This document shows positions 40,797 to 53,345 of a stretch of 64,000 nt of DNA, in pieces. Position numbers and translations under genes: made by a program. Position 1 is the stretch's first letter. Each line of letters starts with the position of its first letter. The notes under the pieces are model-generated. The model ran no database searches. It was not told where the DNA came from and saw only the letters and a program-made list of their open reading frames with translations. Source of the DNA: the human T2T-CHM13v2.0 reference genome, Homo sapiens; assembly GCF_009914755.1 (NCBI RefSeq), contig NC_060932.1; one strand, given 5' to 3'.

Positions 40797-41336
40797 TGGT
40801 GGGTAGTCTCTAAAATGGCCTCCAGTGATTTTTGCCCTCTCATTTTCACACCCTTGTGTAATTCATTCTCCTCTAGTGTGGACTTGACCTACTGGCATGC
40901 TTCTAATTAATAGAACATGGCAGAAATTATGGGCACTAAGTGGTGGACCTATTGGCTTCTATCTTACGTTCTATCTCTTTCTCTGATGTACATACACACA
41001 GACACACATACACACTCACGCACACACTTCGCTGGAGCGGCCTCGGAGGATGGAGGCTGTCTATTCAGAGGACTACTGCGGTACGCCAACCAACAACCAA
41101 CACCAACTGCCAATCCCGTGAATGGGCTTCTTGCACATAGACCCTCCTATTCTAATCAAGGCTTCAGATGAAGCTGCCCCAGCCAATAGTTTTACTCCAA
41201 GAGAGACCATGAGCCAAATCTATCCCCACTAAGCTACTTCTGGAATCTCACCCAACATAAACTGAAAATAAGTATTTGTTGTTCAAGCCATTCAACTCTG
41301 GAGTCATTTGATATGCTACAATAGATTACAAATACA
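40797..41336 (+). mobile_element. MLT1 (E/F-like) solo LTR
   Basis: ctaaaatggcctcc...cttcagatgaagctgccccagcc...aatagattacaaataca. Confidence 0.8.
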
Positions 41337-42627
41337 TAATCCCTTATTGAAATAATGATATGTTCAACTATGGGAGAAATGTTCAAAAATAATATCAGTG
41401 AAAAGCTGGAAAATATAACATTGAAAATGAATGAGGTTGAAAATGTGAAAGGCCTAAATAGGACTTCTTTAATTTTTAGTCCTCTCTGAATAAAATATCT
41501 TTATGATATAGAAATCTGAATACATTTTCACAAAGAATGCATTATTTTTAAAGTAGAGAAATACTTCAAACTATTTTCACTTGGATGTACATGTATACAC
41601 ATACATAAAGAGCCAACTATATAATGACACAGTTAATAATATTTCAGATTAAGAAAAAATACTGATGCCTCACAGCAGTATCAATAAGACTTAAGCACTG
41701 AATAAATATATTGAATTAAGAAGTCAATGAATGAATTTTCCAACAGTAACCCTGTTTTTCAACTCTGTAATGATCCATCAATATACTGGCTTTTTCATCT
41801 TCAGAGAACTCTTGATTCTAATAAAAGCATTTGAAGCGGTTAATCCATGTGTAAACCACATACACTAAGGGGAAAAAAAGATTTGAAAAGCCAACGACCT
41901 GACGTGATATTAAGTGATTCAACAGCCTTTAAAACTGTGGTTAAGCAAAGGTTTGAAGTAAAATAAGAAAGTATCATAAAATAATAAAAGGGGTGTTTTA
42001 TTATTACTTTAATTTCCTTTTGAAAGAATCACTTTTCTGGATTTTGTTTGTTAAAAACTGAGATGTCCTGAGATAGCATGAAAGTGACAGGACTTCTAAT
42101 AATAAAGATGTCAAGCTGTTAGAAATGTACTTCATAATTGCTGAATCACAGGAAACAGGTTCCTTTACTAAGACTGGAAGAACAAAGCAAGGCAGGAATA
42201 GTTAAAACATGATGAACTAAGGGTCAGAAAAAAATATGTGAAAACAAGGATAAGTGGAAGTTTCAAGCTGAGAAGAATCTTAGGCTTAGAAAGAAGGCAG
42301 TGGTGCAGGATGCTCGAGTACAGTACGTGGAAGAAAATTAACAGGAAATAAACACATAACCTGGAGAAACAAGGTGTTAGAACAGCCAATGCTTACTGGT
42401 AAAATATCCATCTACTGAGTAAAAGCAGGTCCTTGCAAGCTCCAAACTACAGATGTCAAAACAGGTGGAGGCAACTTATTGTGAAACACGACAGAAGAGC
42501 AATGAAAAGCCATTATCTTTTCAGCAACTTGAGAAAATCAGAAGGCACGGCGAGTAGAAAACAGAGAGAATATAAATCACACTCCTTTGAGATATCTTTG
42601 CTTTTTAAAAAAACATGGTTAACTTAC

Positions 42628-42724
42628 CTGGTCGAGAATTTCATTGAAGTTGCTCCAGAGTACATATCTTATTCACAAAGAAGTCCTTTTTGTTTAATGT
42701 CTCTATTAAGAACACTAGTATTGT
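42628..42724 (-). other. Candidate 97-nt non-coding exon
   Basis: Minus strand tatttttgctctag|ACA ... CCAG|gtaagt. Confidence 0.4.
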
Positions 42725-43401
42725 CTAGAGCAAAAATACCTACACCCTCCTAAGTACCTATATCAGATAAACTGACTAATAATCTCCTGACTGCTATAGT
42801 GATTCCCAGACCAAGAAAGTTCATAGCAGATGGTGTCAACAACCCCACTGCTCCAGTCTCCTGGGTAGAGGAAAGGGTTTTGCAAATTTGGTGACCCGCT
42901 TTGGACTCTCCAAGCCTCAAAGAAATCAGAGGTTATTATGAAACTGTCCAATGGTACAAAGATTTTGCTCAATGGCCGTCAATAACTTAACCAGAGTTTC
43001 TCATCTAAACCAAAGAAAAGAGAAAATCATTTGAGAGACTACAGTCTCAATACTTCCAGGAATAATATATAATTAGTACAATTTTAGATGTACAGGAGAT
43101 AAATGAATCCATTACACATAACGGGTAGCTAAAGCCATCAGGGATTAATTCTCTTGTAAATCCAGGTGCATGGGTGGCATGAAAATAAACATAAAACTTT
43201 TGAGCTGCTGCAACTAAAACAAATGTCTAATGCATGATATGCCTAACATATATACTGAAGTCCATGTTGAAGCCAAAGTGGAATGTGCACCTCATATTTA
43301 AAGCCAGGTTATTATACAACTAACTCCGTCACTTTAGTAACGTGAGAATGCCAGACAGCTTGCCAGACAGAGAGACACATCACAGAGTCTGTATTAGTCA
43401 G

Positions 43402-44147
43402 TGATATAGTTTGAACATATGTCCCCATCCAAATCTCATGTTGAAATGTAACCCCCAATGATGGAGGTGGGGCCGGGTAGAAGGTATTTTGATCCTGGGG
43501 GTAGATCCCTCATGAAAGGCTTGGACTATCTCCTCGGTGGTTAAGTGAGCTCTCGCTCTGAGTTCTGGCCATTTAAAAGGCTATGGCACTTTCCCCCCAC
43601 CCTCTCTCTCTTGTCCCTGCTCTCACCATGTGAAGTGCCTGCCCCTACCGTGCCTTCCGCGAGGAAAAGTTTCTCCAAGCCTCCTCAGAAGCAGAGGCTG
43701 GCACCATGCTTCCTGTATAGCCTGCAGGCCCATGAGTCAATTAAACCTGTGTTTAATTATAAATTAAATTTATAATCCTTTATAAATCAGCAATTTCCAA
43801 CCTTTTTGGCACCAGGGACCAGTTTTGTGGAAGACAAGTTTTCCAGGGATGTAGGGGTGGGTGAGAACTACTCCACCTCAGATCTTCAGGCATTAGATTC
43901 TCATAAGGAGAATGCAACCTAGATCCCTCACATGCACGGTTCACGATAGAGTTTGTGCTTCTATGAGAATCTAAAGATGCAACTGATCTGACAGGAGATG
44001 AAGCTCAGGAGGTCATATTCACTCACCACTTACCCCCTGCATGTGGCCCGGTTCCTAACAGGCCATGAACTGGGGGTTGGGGACTCCTGTTATAAATTAT
44101 CCAGTATCTGGTTTTTCTTTATAGCAAGGCAAAGACAACCTAACACA
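43402..44147 (+). mobile_element. MSTB-like solo LTR
   Basis: tgatatagtttg...caaatctcatgttgaaatgtaa...ctaacaca; perfect TSD GTCAG. Confidence 0.9.
43788..44089 (+). mobile_element. MER1B hAT-Charlie element
   Basis: cag...ccaacctttttggcaccagggacc...ggttggggactcctg; perfect 8-bp TSD TTATAAAT. Confidence 0.92.
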
Positions 44148-44774
44148 GTCAGCTTTCACTAGTTTTGCTCCTAAAACCAAAGTGTCTTAAAACAACAAGG
44201 ATATATTTCTCACTCAAAGTACCTGTGGGCTGTGAGTCACCTAAAGCAGCAGACCCTACATGAAATAAGCTGATCTCTGGAAAGGAGCAAAAATGGGACC
44301 ACCCAGCTTTTGCTCAGCCTGGTCATGCCTCCCTTCCAGTGGCCAGAGTGTCCCACATCCAAGACTCTTATGAAGGGCTGGAAAGTAGACATCTCCCTTA
44401 GAGAGGGTCACCAGAGAGGGGACACAGAGAGATGGACCCCAGTACAGACAGCAGAGCAAATATGTTGAGCAAATAATAGTCTATCATGGAGTAAACAGTA
44501 CAATATATCATAGAGGCAGAAACTTCAGAATGCCACCATATGCTCTGAGTTGTAAGTAACAGGTGATCAATATTTTGTAAAGAAAATTAAAGGAAGCAAC
44601 CATCCTTCAGAAACCATTTGAAGAGGGCTTTGCATTTAAAGTTGCACTTCAAGCAATTATAAACAAAAAATGGGAGTATTTAGTAATTCGACTGAGACAG
44701 TCAGTCAAGACTCTGATGCCCATTGTTTATATCCTGCCAGAATTTGTATAAAAAGTTATAGTCCTTTTGATGAA

Positions 44775-45370
<596 letters not shown>

Positions 45371-45708
45371 GCAAAACAATACTCCTATCTTGACCTAGCA
45401 ACTTCAATTTTTAGTATTCTAGAAAATATTAAAGTAGCACAACAGATGTATTCACAAGTAAGTTGAGTAGAGCAATGTATACGAAACCAGCCAACTGGAA
45501 ACGTCATAACTGAGCCACAAGTTTGGTGTGCAAAATTATGCTGTATTCATATTAATATAATTCTCTGCAGACATAAAAATGACATGAAGAACGCCTATTA
45601 AATATATTTATGATACATGATATAATTGATCACCATGCAAAATTGAATATACAGTATAAACCTGATTTGCAGAAAAAATGTATATAGCTTTAGGCATAAA
45701 GAAGAGTG

Positions 45709-46082
<374 letters not shown>

Positions 46083-46592
46083 TCATTTTTTTCTGTATGT
46101 TTCACTCCAGTTTTCAAGGAGACTCAATTAATTACTTTAAAATGGCTAATGTCCAAAAACGCAGACTATGAGTCCTGAAAGACTGAGGCCTTATTTCTGC
46201 ATAGGGGCTTTAGATTGTCACTAGGCAATCTAAAGTTCCTACGCAGAAATAAGAAATAAATTGTCATTTAGGGTAGAAATAATTGCCTTAAACCTTGAGG
46301 GATTTAATGGCTTATCACCTGTCCTAAGAGAACTTGCCAATCTTGACAAGAAAGACTCATTTTATCAGCATGGTGAAATCACTCTTGGATAGAATGTACT
46401 TGGAAAGAACATACCTGAAAAGCTGCAGAGTTCCTGACTGTCATGATTTGCTGTTTTTCACTAACTTTCTTTCACCTTCCCAGCTTGAAATGACAAAACC
46501 ATTCTTCTGAAAACGTCCATTATCTCGTTGAAAGACATTTCCTCAAAGCTCCTTATCTTTGCAATACATACCAATGTAAAGAAAGCACTTCT

Positions 46593-46921
46593 CGGCCAGG
46601 CGCGGTGGCTCATGCCTGTAATCCCAGCATTCTGGGAGTCCAAGGCAGACGGATCACCTGAGGTCAGGAGTTCAAGACCAGCCTGGCCAACATGGTGAAA
46701 CCCCGTTGCTATTAAAATACAAAAAATTAGCTGAGTGTGGTGGTGGATGCCTTGTAATCCCAGCTACTCAGGAGGCTGAGGCAGGAGATTCGCTTGAACC
46801 CAGGAGACGGAGGTGGCAGTAAGCCGAGCATGCAGCATCGCACTCCGCCTGGGCAACAAGAGGGAAACTCTGTCTCAAAAAAAAAAAAAAAGAAAAGAAA
46901 AAGAAAGAAAGAGAAAAGAAA
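46593..46921 (+). mobile_element. AluSq/Sp-like
   Basis: Full dimer; TSD aagcacttctc; A/G-rich tail. Confidence 0.94.
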
Positions 46922-47182
46922 GCAAGCACTTCTCAAATATTCTCAAATAGTTTCTTTTCTCTGGGAATCTTTCATGAAAAAAACATGAACAGTGAACCTC
47001 CAATTTACATGAGCATACATACCTGTACCCAAATGATGCCTAAAATGATGCAGAGGCAGAAAAATACTTGAACAGCTCTGCTAAGGCCCAATATTACATA
47101 CATAGATGATGACATTTTATACTTACCCATAAATATTTTTCCCTACTCACAATATGATATTTTTCTCATAAAAGTAGCGCAT

Positions 47183-47368
47183 GGCTAGGCAGGGTGGCTC
47201 ATGCCTGTGATCCCAGCACTTTGGGAGCCTGAGGCAGGAGGAACACTTGACCCCAGGAGCCCAGGAGTGAGCTCACACCACTGCACACCAGCCACACTGC
47301 AGATTACGCCACTGTACTCTAGGCTGGGTGACAAAGCAAGACCGTCTCTTAAGGGGGAAAAAAAAAAA
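47183..47368 (+). mobile_element. Internally deleted, rearranged Alu (left-arm 5' fused to right-arm 3')
   Basis: cccagcactttggg...cccaggag x2, ccactgcac repeated; TSD aaaagtagc. Confidence 0.85.
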
Positions 47369-48834
47369 GTAGCCCGTAATTTTTTTCATTTTTTACAAAG
47401 AAAAAAATAAAAAGAACAACAACAATGACAACAAGAACCATTTGGAGTTCATACAAATTCACGGATTCAATTCATGCTTTATGCCTTCATCACTTGTAAT
47501 ACTCAGGACCAGGAGGCTACCACACCAGACTAATGTCCTGGTTCTACTAGGCTTACAGCTCTGGAACAAGTGAACATTTCTTGTCTCTTCCTCCAAAACA
47601 ACACACTTACACTCATGGACATGCAGACACAGACACACTCTTAGGCACCCTGAATGAAACCTTTACAGTACTAGATCATTGTGGACCTAGCACTTAGCAC
47701 TACTGTATACCTCCACTAGCTGAACTATGCTAGTGGAATATGGCATTCAATCTATTCCCCTTTCTAAAAACAAATGTAAAAATGGAGCAAAATACCCATT
47801 TGGCCTACAAAGAAACGTAGAGACCATCTGGCCTTGTTGTTCCTCCTTCTCAGGCCCTCGGCCTTCCGCAGGTCCATTCCAGGGCCGCTCTTGCCCAGTG
47901 ACTGGCAGAACTGTCCTCACTTTTGTTTTGCTGTTGCTAGATTTCCATTCTTTGTCCATGCACTTGCCTCTCACCACCCCCTTTCCTTTGGCAAACACAA
48001 ATGGTATCATCTCCAATCCTTACCATTTCTCCTTTTCTCTAGATCTCTCTTATTTCTTCTCTACTCCATCTCTTATCACAATTTTTCTACTTTGCCACAA
48101 AAAAAAAAATGGTGAAAAGATATAGTCCCCATTCATCAGGGAATCCCTTTCCTCCTCCATATCACCCCATACCAGGTTTCTCTTTCTGTTTATCCTCCGT
48201 TATCCATTTTTCCCAGTTCTAAAGGCCAAAACCCCTACCCTAAATTTTTCCTTTTTTGCTAGCTATTTGTGGAATCTGAGGTCCTAAGAAGGCTGTTCTC
48301 CACATGGCTGATATTTTTGTGCATTTTTTATGTGCATATAGCAATAAATATAAATCATAGCTGTAACTTTTGATATATACTTGGGTTAAAAAGAATTATT
48401 CAATATTTAATCTAAAAGGTGCATAGTGTGATTTAATATTTTTCATGAGTAGTAAGAAGAAAAAATATTACTACTTTATGCTAAAACCTACTGAAGCATA
48501 TTCAGAATACTAAGGAAGAGTCATAATTCTTCTTATTTAGAAATTCATTTGGAACTTATAATTCATTTAGAATGTATAATTCATGTGGAAAATATCTGGG
48601 TAGGTTCTTTGAATATAAATAGTGAGGCCTCTAGGGCATGGTCTACAAAATAAAGGTAAAGGAGTTTAGGATTTCCCCAAAGACAATTTTGGAGATGGAA
48701 GATGAGGGTCACAGGGATGAGGAGACCCAGAGTGACAAAGAAAGATCTAGACAGGGAGAAAGATCCTAGAAATATTATGTGAAGTCTAAACTCAAGGAGG
48801 GTTATAATCACTCTGTGGTCAGGTAATGGCAGTG

Positions 48835-49705
48835 CAGTATTGTCAAATATATATTTGGTCTTCAACCTGTTTCCTGATATACAACTCCTAAAATCCTTAA
48901 AATCTCCAAAGTGATGGTTTTTGTCTGCAAATGATCAACAGATGGCTGCAATCCCTACGTAGCTTCAGGATGGGAGCTGGTCACCTGAAAGACCAGAACA
49001 TCTGAAAGACCAGCCTTCTGAGAGGGGAGGGGGCCTAAGGTCAAGTTGATTATCAATGGCCAATGATTTAATCAGTCATGCCTAGGTAATGAGGCCTCTA
49101 TAAAAATCCAAGAGCAAAGGGTTTAGATAGCTTCTAGATAGCTGAACACATGTAGGTTCCCGAAGGGTGGTCCACGGAGAGCAGGCATGGGAGCTCACCA
49201 CCACAATTACTGCCTTAGGTGACTCTTCACATGTATCCTTTCTAGTATCCTTTATAAGAAACTGAAAAAAACATGGTTCCCTGAGTTCTGTGAGTCTCTC
49301 CAGAAAATTAATTGAACCCAAAGAGTGGGTCATGGGAACTCTGACTTGAAACCAGTCATCAGAAGTTCCTGAGGCTTGGGCTTGTGACTGGCATCCAAAG
49401 CTGGGGAGCAGTCTTGGGGACTGAGCCCTCAACCTGTGGCATCTGAAGCTACTTCCAGGTAGATGCTGCCAGAGTTGAATTGGAGGATATGCAGCTTGTG
49501 TCCACTGCAGAACTGATTGCTTGCCTGGTGTGTGGGCAACCTCTCCCATATATTTCATCATAGAAGTCTTCCCTGTTGACTGTTTTTGTGAGTGGTGTGA
49601 GAACAGAGGAAAAAGAGTTTGAAGGTTTTTTTATTTTTTTTGTTCCCCCCTCCCTCGCCCCCGCCCCCCCCACCCTCCCCCCCCCCCCCCCCGCCACACA
49701 CACAC
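48835..49705 (+). mobile_element. MER21-family LTR
   Basis: aaatatatatttggtctt...agcttcaggatgggagctggtcacc...ccaatgatttaatcagtcatgccta...ctgagttctgtgag. Confidence 0.8.
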
Positions 49706-49706
49706 A
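49644..49706. repeat. C-rich tract (G-quadruplex potential on minus strand) plus short (CA)n
   Basis: At least five runs of C3 or longer within ~50 bp. Confidence 0.85.
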
Positions 49707-49944
49707 GATGGTGTCTGAATCAGGTTAATGGCAGATAATTTTCTGGGACCAGTAATATGACACTGAATTTGGGGTAACCCCTCTAATTCCTGCCTTTCTC
49801 TACTCACAAATTAAGTTGCAAATGGTAAGTGTGCTACAACTTTGTGCCAATAGGCACTTAGGGGGAAAAAGGAAGAGAGGTGTTCATTATAGACGAGTAG
49901 GAGACAGAACAGCAGCATCAAGACCTGATTTTTTTGTTGTTTTT

Positions 49945-50390
49945 CACTTTTAATTGTGGTAAAATTCATAGAACATAAGCTTTACCATATTGGCCCATTT
50001 TTAAGTGTACAGTTCAGTAGTGTTACATTCACATTGTTGTATAACCAGTCTCCAAAACGATTTTCGTCTTGTAAAACTGAAACTCTGTATCTTTTAAACT
50101 GTCTCTGTGAATCTGACTACTCTAGACATCTCAGGGAAGTGCAATAACACATTATTTGTCTTTTTGTGGCAGGATAATTTCACTCAGAATAATGTCCTCA
50201 AGATTGGTCCATATTGTAGCAATTCATCCAATTGACCATATTGTGTCAGAATCACCATCCTTTGTAAATTTGAATAATATTCCATTTTACATATCTACTC
50301 CGCTGTGTTTATCGATTTATCTTTTGATAGACTCTTGGGTGCTTCCACCTTTGGGCTACTGTGAATAACGCTGCTATGAACAGACGTGTG
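49945..50390 (-). mobile_element. L1MB-type 3' end
   Basis: ttttaattgtggtaaaat...tttaagtgtacagttcagt...aactgaaactctgta. Confidence 0.85.
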
Positions 50391-50594
50391 AGACGAGAAT
50401 TTTGAACAGGAGTCAGTCCACTAGTGTAGATGGACCCAGCAACACAACCCTATTCCCCAGGAGAGTCAATTTTGAAAGAAGGAAAAGTAGCCATGTGATT
50501 TATATATTCAACATTTTTTTTCGGTTACCTATAGCCCTCTCCCAATTTTTCTAGGCTTTGTAGAAAACATTTTCACATTAAAACTATACATTAA

Positions 50595-51530
50595 AGCAGA
50601 CATCTCCACTTAAGTGTTCAGTAGGCATATGAGACTTAACATGTCTAAACTAACTTTCCGATCTTCCCCATGAATCTGACTTCAATTGGTGCTCTGCTCT
50701 TGTCAGTTGAGGGCCACTGCATCCTCCCAGGTGCTCAGGCCAAAAGGCACATGCCACCGTCTATGCCTCCATTCTGTCTATTCTCAACATAGCATGCAGA
50801 GGCATCCTTGAGACAGTCTTGCTTTGTCACCCAGCCTAGAGTACACTGGCGTAATCTGGTGTGCAGCCACTACAGTGGCTGGTGTGCAGTGGTGTGAGCT
50901 CACTCCTGGGCTCCTGGGATCAAGCATTCCTTTTCATCTTAAGTCAAATCATGATGCTCTCCTGCTCAGTCCTTCAACGGCCTCTTTCTCTGCAAGATCT
51001 GAAGATCTTGCAGTGGCCTCTCAAATCCTTAGGTGATCTGGTTCCCTGCTCCCTCTCTCACCTCCTACCATTCTTCACCCTCCTCCTGTGGGTCCAACCC
51101 CATTGAACTCTCTTCTGTCCCTTGAATATACCCACCTACTCCAACATTACATCATGGACTTTAAACGCTCTCCCCCTACATCATCCATGACTCCCTTGTT
51201 TACCTCCCCTACTGTCGACTCTCCTGTAAGGTCTTTCCCAGGTAACCATATTTAAAATTTCAGCTTTCTCATTTCCTGAAATGCTCCTTGTCTGTCTTCT
51301 CTGCTTTATTTTTCTCCACAGCACTTACCCCACTCATTATACCATATATACTTTATTTATTTGTCTTAGACATCCTCAATTTTTCACCATCAGGATGTCT
51401 GCTTCATGAGGGCCAGGGCTGTATGTGTTTTGCCTACTTCTGTATCCTCAGCAGTGGGCAGTGCCTGGTGTCCAGTAGGTGCTTAATGGGTCTCTGTGAA
51501 ATGAATTAAATTTGTATGAATGAATGAATT
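50595..51530 (+). mobile_element. L2a 3' region
   Basis: catctccactt...ttaacatgtctaa...cagtgcctgg...tgaatgaatgaa. Confidence 0.8.
50810..50930 (-). repeat. Inverted local copy of the rearranged Alu segment 47240-47348
   Basis: Shares private junctions and substitutions with the 47.2-kb element; no tail. Confidence 0.88.
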
Positions 51531-51687
51531 AAAGCAAAAAGTCAAGTTTGGGGAAAGAAAAAAGTTCAGCAAACATGTTGTAAAAAGTAGAAACCAAAAA
51601 ATTTCAACTAAGGTTTTTCCATGTTACTCATTTAACAAAATACAAATAAGTCACATCAAACAGTTGGCAATTAACAAATTAAAAAGA

Positions 51688-51955
51688 GGCTGGGTGCCGT
51701 GGCTCACATCTATAATCCTAGCACTTTGGAAGGCCAAGATATGTAGATCACTTGAGGCCAGGAGTTCAAGACCAGCCTGGGCAACATGACGAAACCCCAT
51801 ATCTATAAAAATTACAAAAATTAGCTGGGCGTGGGGGTGCACACCTGTAGTCCCAGCTACTTGGCTGGGACACGAGAATCACTTGAGCCCAGGAAGTGGA
51901 GGTTGCAGTGACCCAAGATTGCACCACGGCACTCCAGCCTGGGTAACAGCGTGAA
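51688..51955 (+). mobile_element. Alu (J/S) lacking poly-A tail
   Basis: Ends cagcgtga|aaagagg, running straight into the TSD aaagag. Confidence 0.9.
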
Positions 51956-53139
51956 AAGAGGCAAACTGCCTTGACTATATGCCTATAGAGATTTACTGTA
52001 AACAGAATCAGTTTCTTAAAGAATTTTAATCTTACACTTGAACAAAGTTTGTATTGGATGAAGACATCTATGATATTTTGTGTGCCTCATTTTATCAATT
52101 CACAAGAGGAAATGTTTTGTTAGACCTGTTAAGAAAGTGGACAAATAACTCAAGACATACCCATACCATAGCTTTTGCATTAATCAATAGATTAAAGACA
52201 CATAAAGAAATAAATAACGAGGAATTTTTTTAAAAAACGGCCAAAAGTTCTCTGGCCAGCACCTGTCCCACCTCTAACCCAAAGGAACATTTTATGTGGA
52301 GTTATTCAGGAGAATGGCATTTAAATTTTAGACAACTGATACTTTTCTTTCTTACAGCTACTTGTAAATTACTTTCAGAAAGAGCCATATATCCTTTAGC
52401 TACAAGGCACGTGGATAGATACTCCTTCATGACTCAGTTCTGTTTCCAAAGTGTTTTGATACTCAGATAATGTTAATGCAAGAAAAGAACTGCCCCTTCT
52501 CCAGCTTTTCACTTATCTTATGGCATCGGCCTTTGAAATAACAAATTCAGTCTAAAACTGTGTTTCACTTTTCATAAGAGTTAGGAAAATTCTGGCTCTC
52601 TCAAGTGGATTATATCCAGGACACCTTATCATCATCTTCTGAACCTACCATGTCTATGTTTTTCTCTCATGATCTGTGTAACCATTTAGTAATTTATTAG
52701 ATTTTTATAGCATCTTACCTCTAAAGAGTTCTAATACTTTATAGAGAGTTCCTAAAAGTGAAAGTTTATAAACATTTCCTAAACATTTATCCTACAATAG
52801 CAAGGAAATCATGAAACTGCAGAAACAGTCTAAATAACTGAGATAGGGAAAATGAAGATGAAAGAGGAGAAGTAAAAGTGGTCGGAGTAGGCAGCAGTAA
52901 ATTTGCATAAAATGTCTTGTGTCTTAAAACCTTCAAAACATTATTTTGAAATCATTTCGTGCTCAGTTGTATTTCTCAGGTATGCTATGACTAGGACTGC
53001 AGACAGATCACCAAAGAACTGGACGCCTTTGTTATACACATGTGTTTGCATGGGATTCTGTACGTAACAGTTCTTGCTTGGGGTCATCTTTGCAAAGTCA
53101 TATCCAGCCATTCTTTGTTACTGGCTTATACTTATATAA

Positions 53140-53345
53140 CATTTATCATGTGTCGGCCACCGTTTTAAACACTTTACAAGCATTACCACATTGAATCCAC
53201 ACAACGTCTTATGAGGTAGACACAAAAATTAGTCTATCTTCATTTCAGAGCTGAGGAAACTGAGGCATAACTACTAAGTAGGAGATCCAAGGTTCAGCCT
53301 TCAGGCTGTCTTGATTAGAAGCCATGCTGTTTACCATTACGCTAA
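53140..53345 (-). mobile_element. MIR
   Basis: atccacacaac..tatgaggtag...gaggaaactgaggca. Confidence 0.75.

Larger units (their letters stand above)
43390..44488 (-). mobile_element. Old MLT1 (I/J-like) LTR hosting MST and MER1B
   Basis: tgtattagtcag|ctttcactag...aacaacaagg..atttctcactca resumes after the MST; near-TSD gagtc/gagta. Confidence 0.6.

Noticed and set aside
47727-48125. Overlapping 89-132 aa ORFs
   Set aside because: Low-complexity pyrimidine-rich sequence, no homology recognised
49082-49561. Longest ORF (159 aa, minus)
   Set aside because: Antisense within the MER21 LTR; no recognisable domain
47349-50809. Inversion bounded by the inverted duplicate
   Set aside because: Alu TSDs at 47.2-47.4 kb and L2 continuity at 50.8 kb are both preserved
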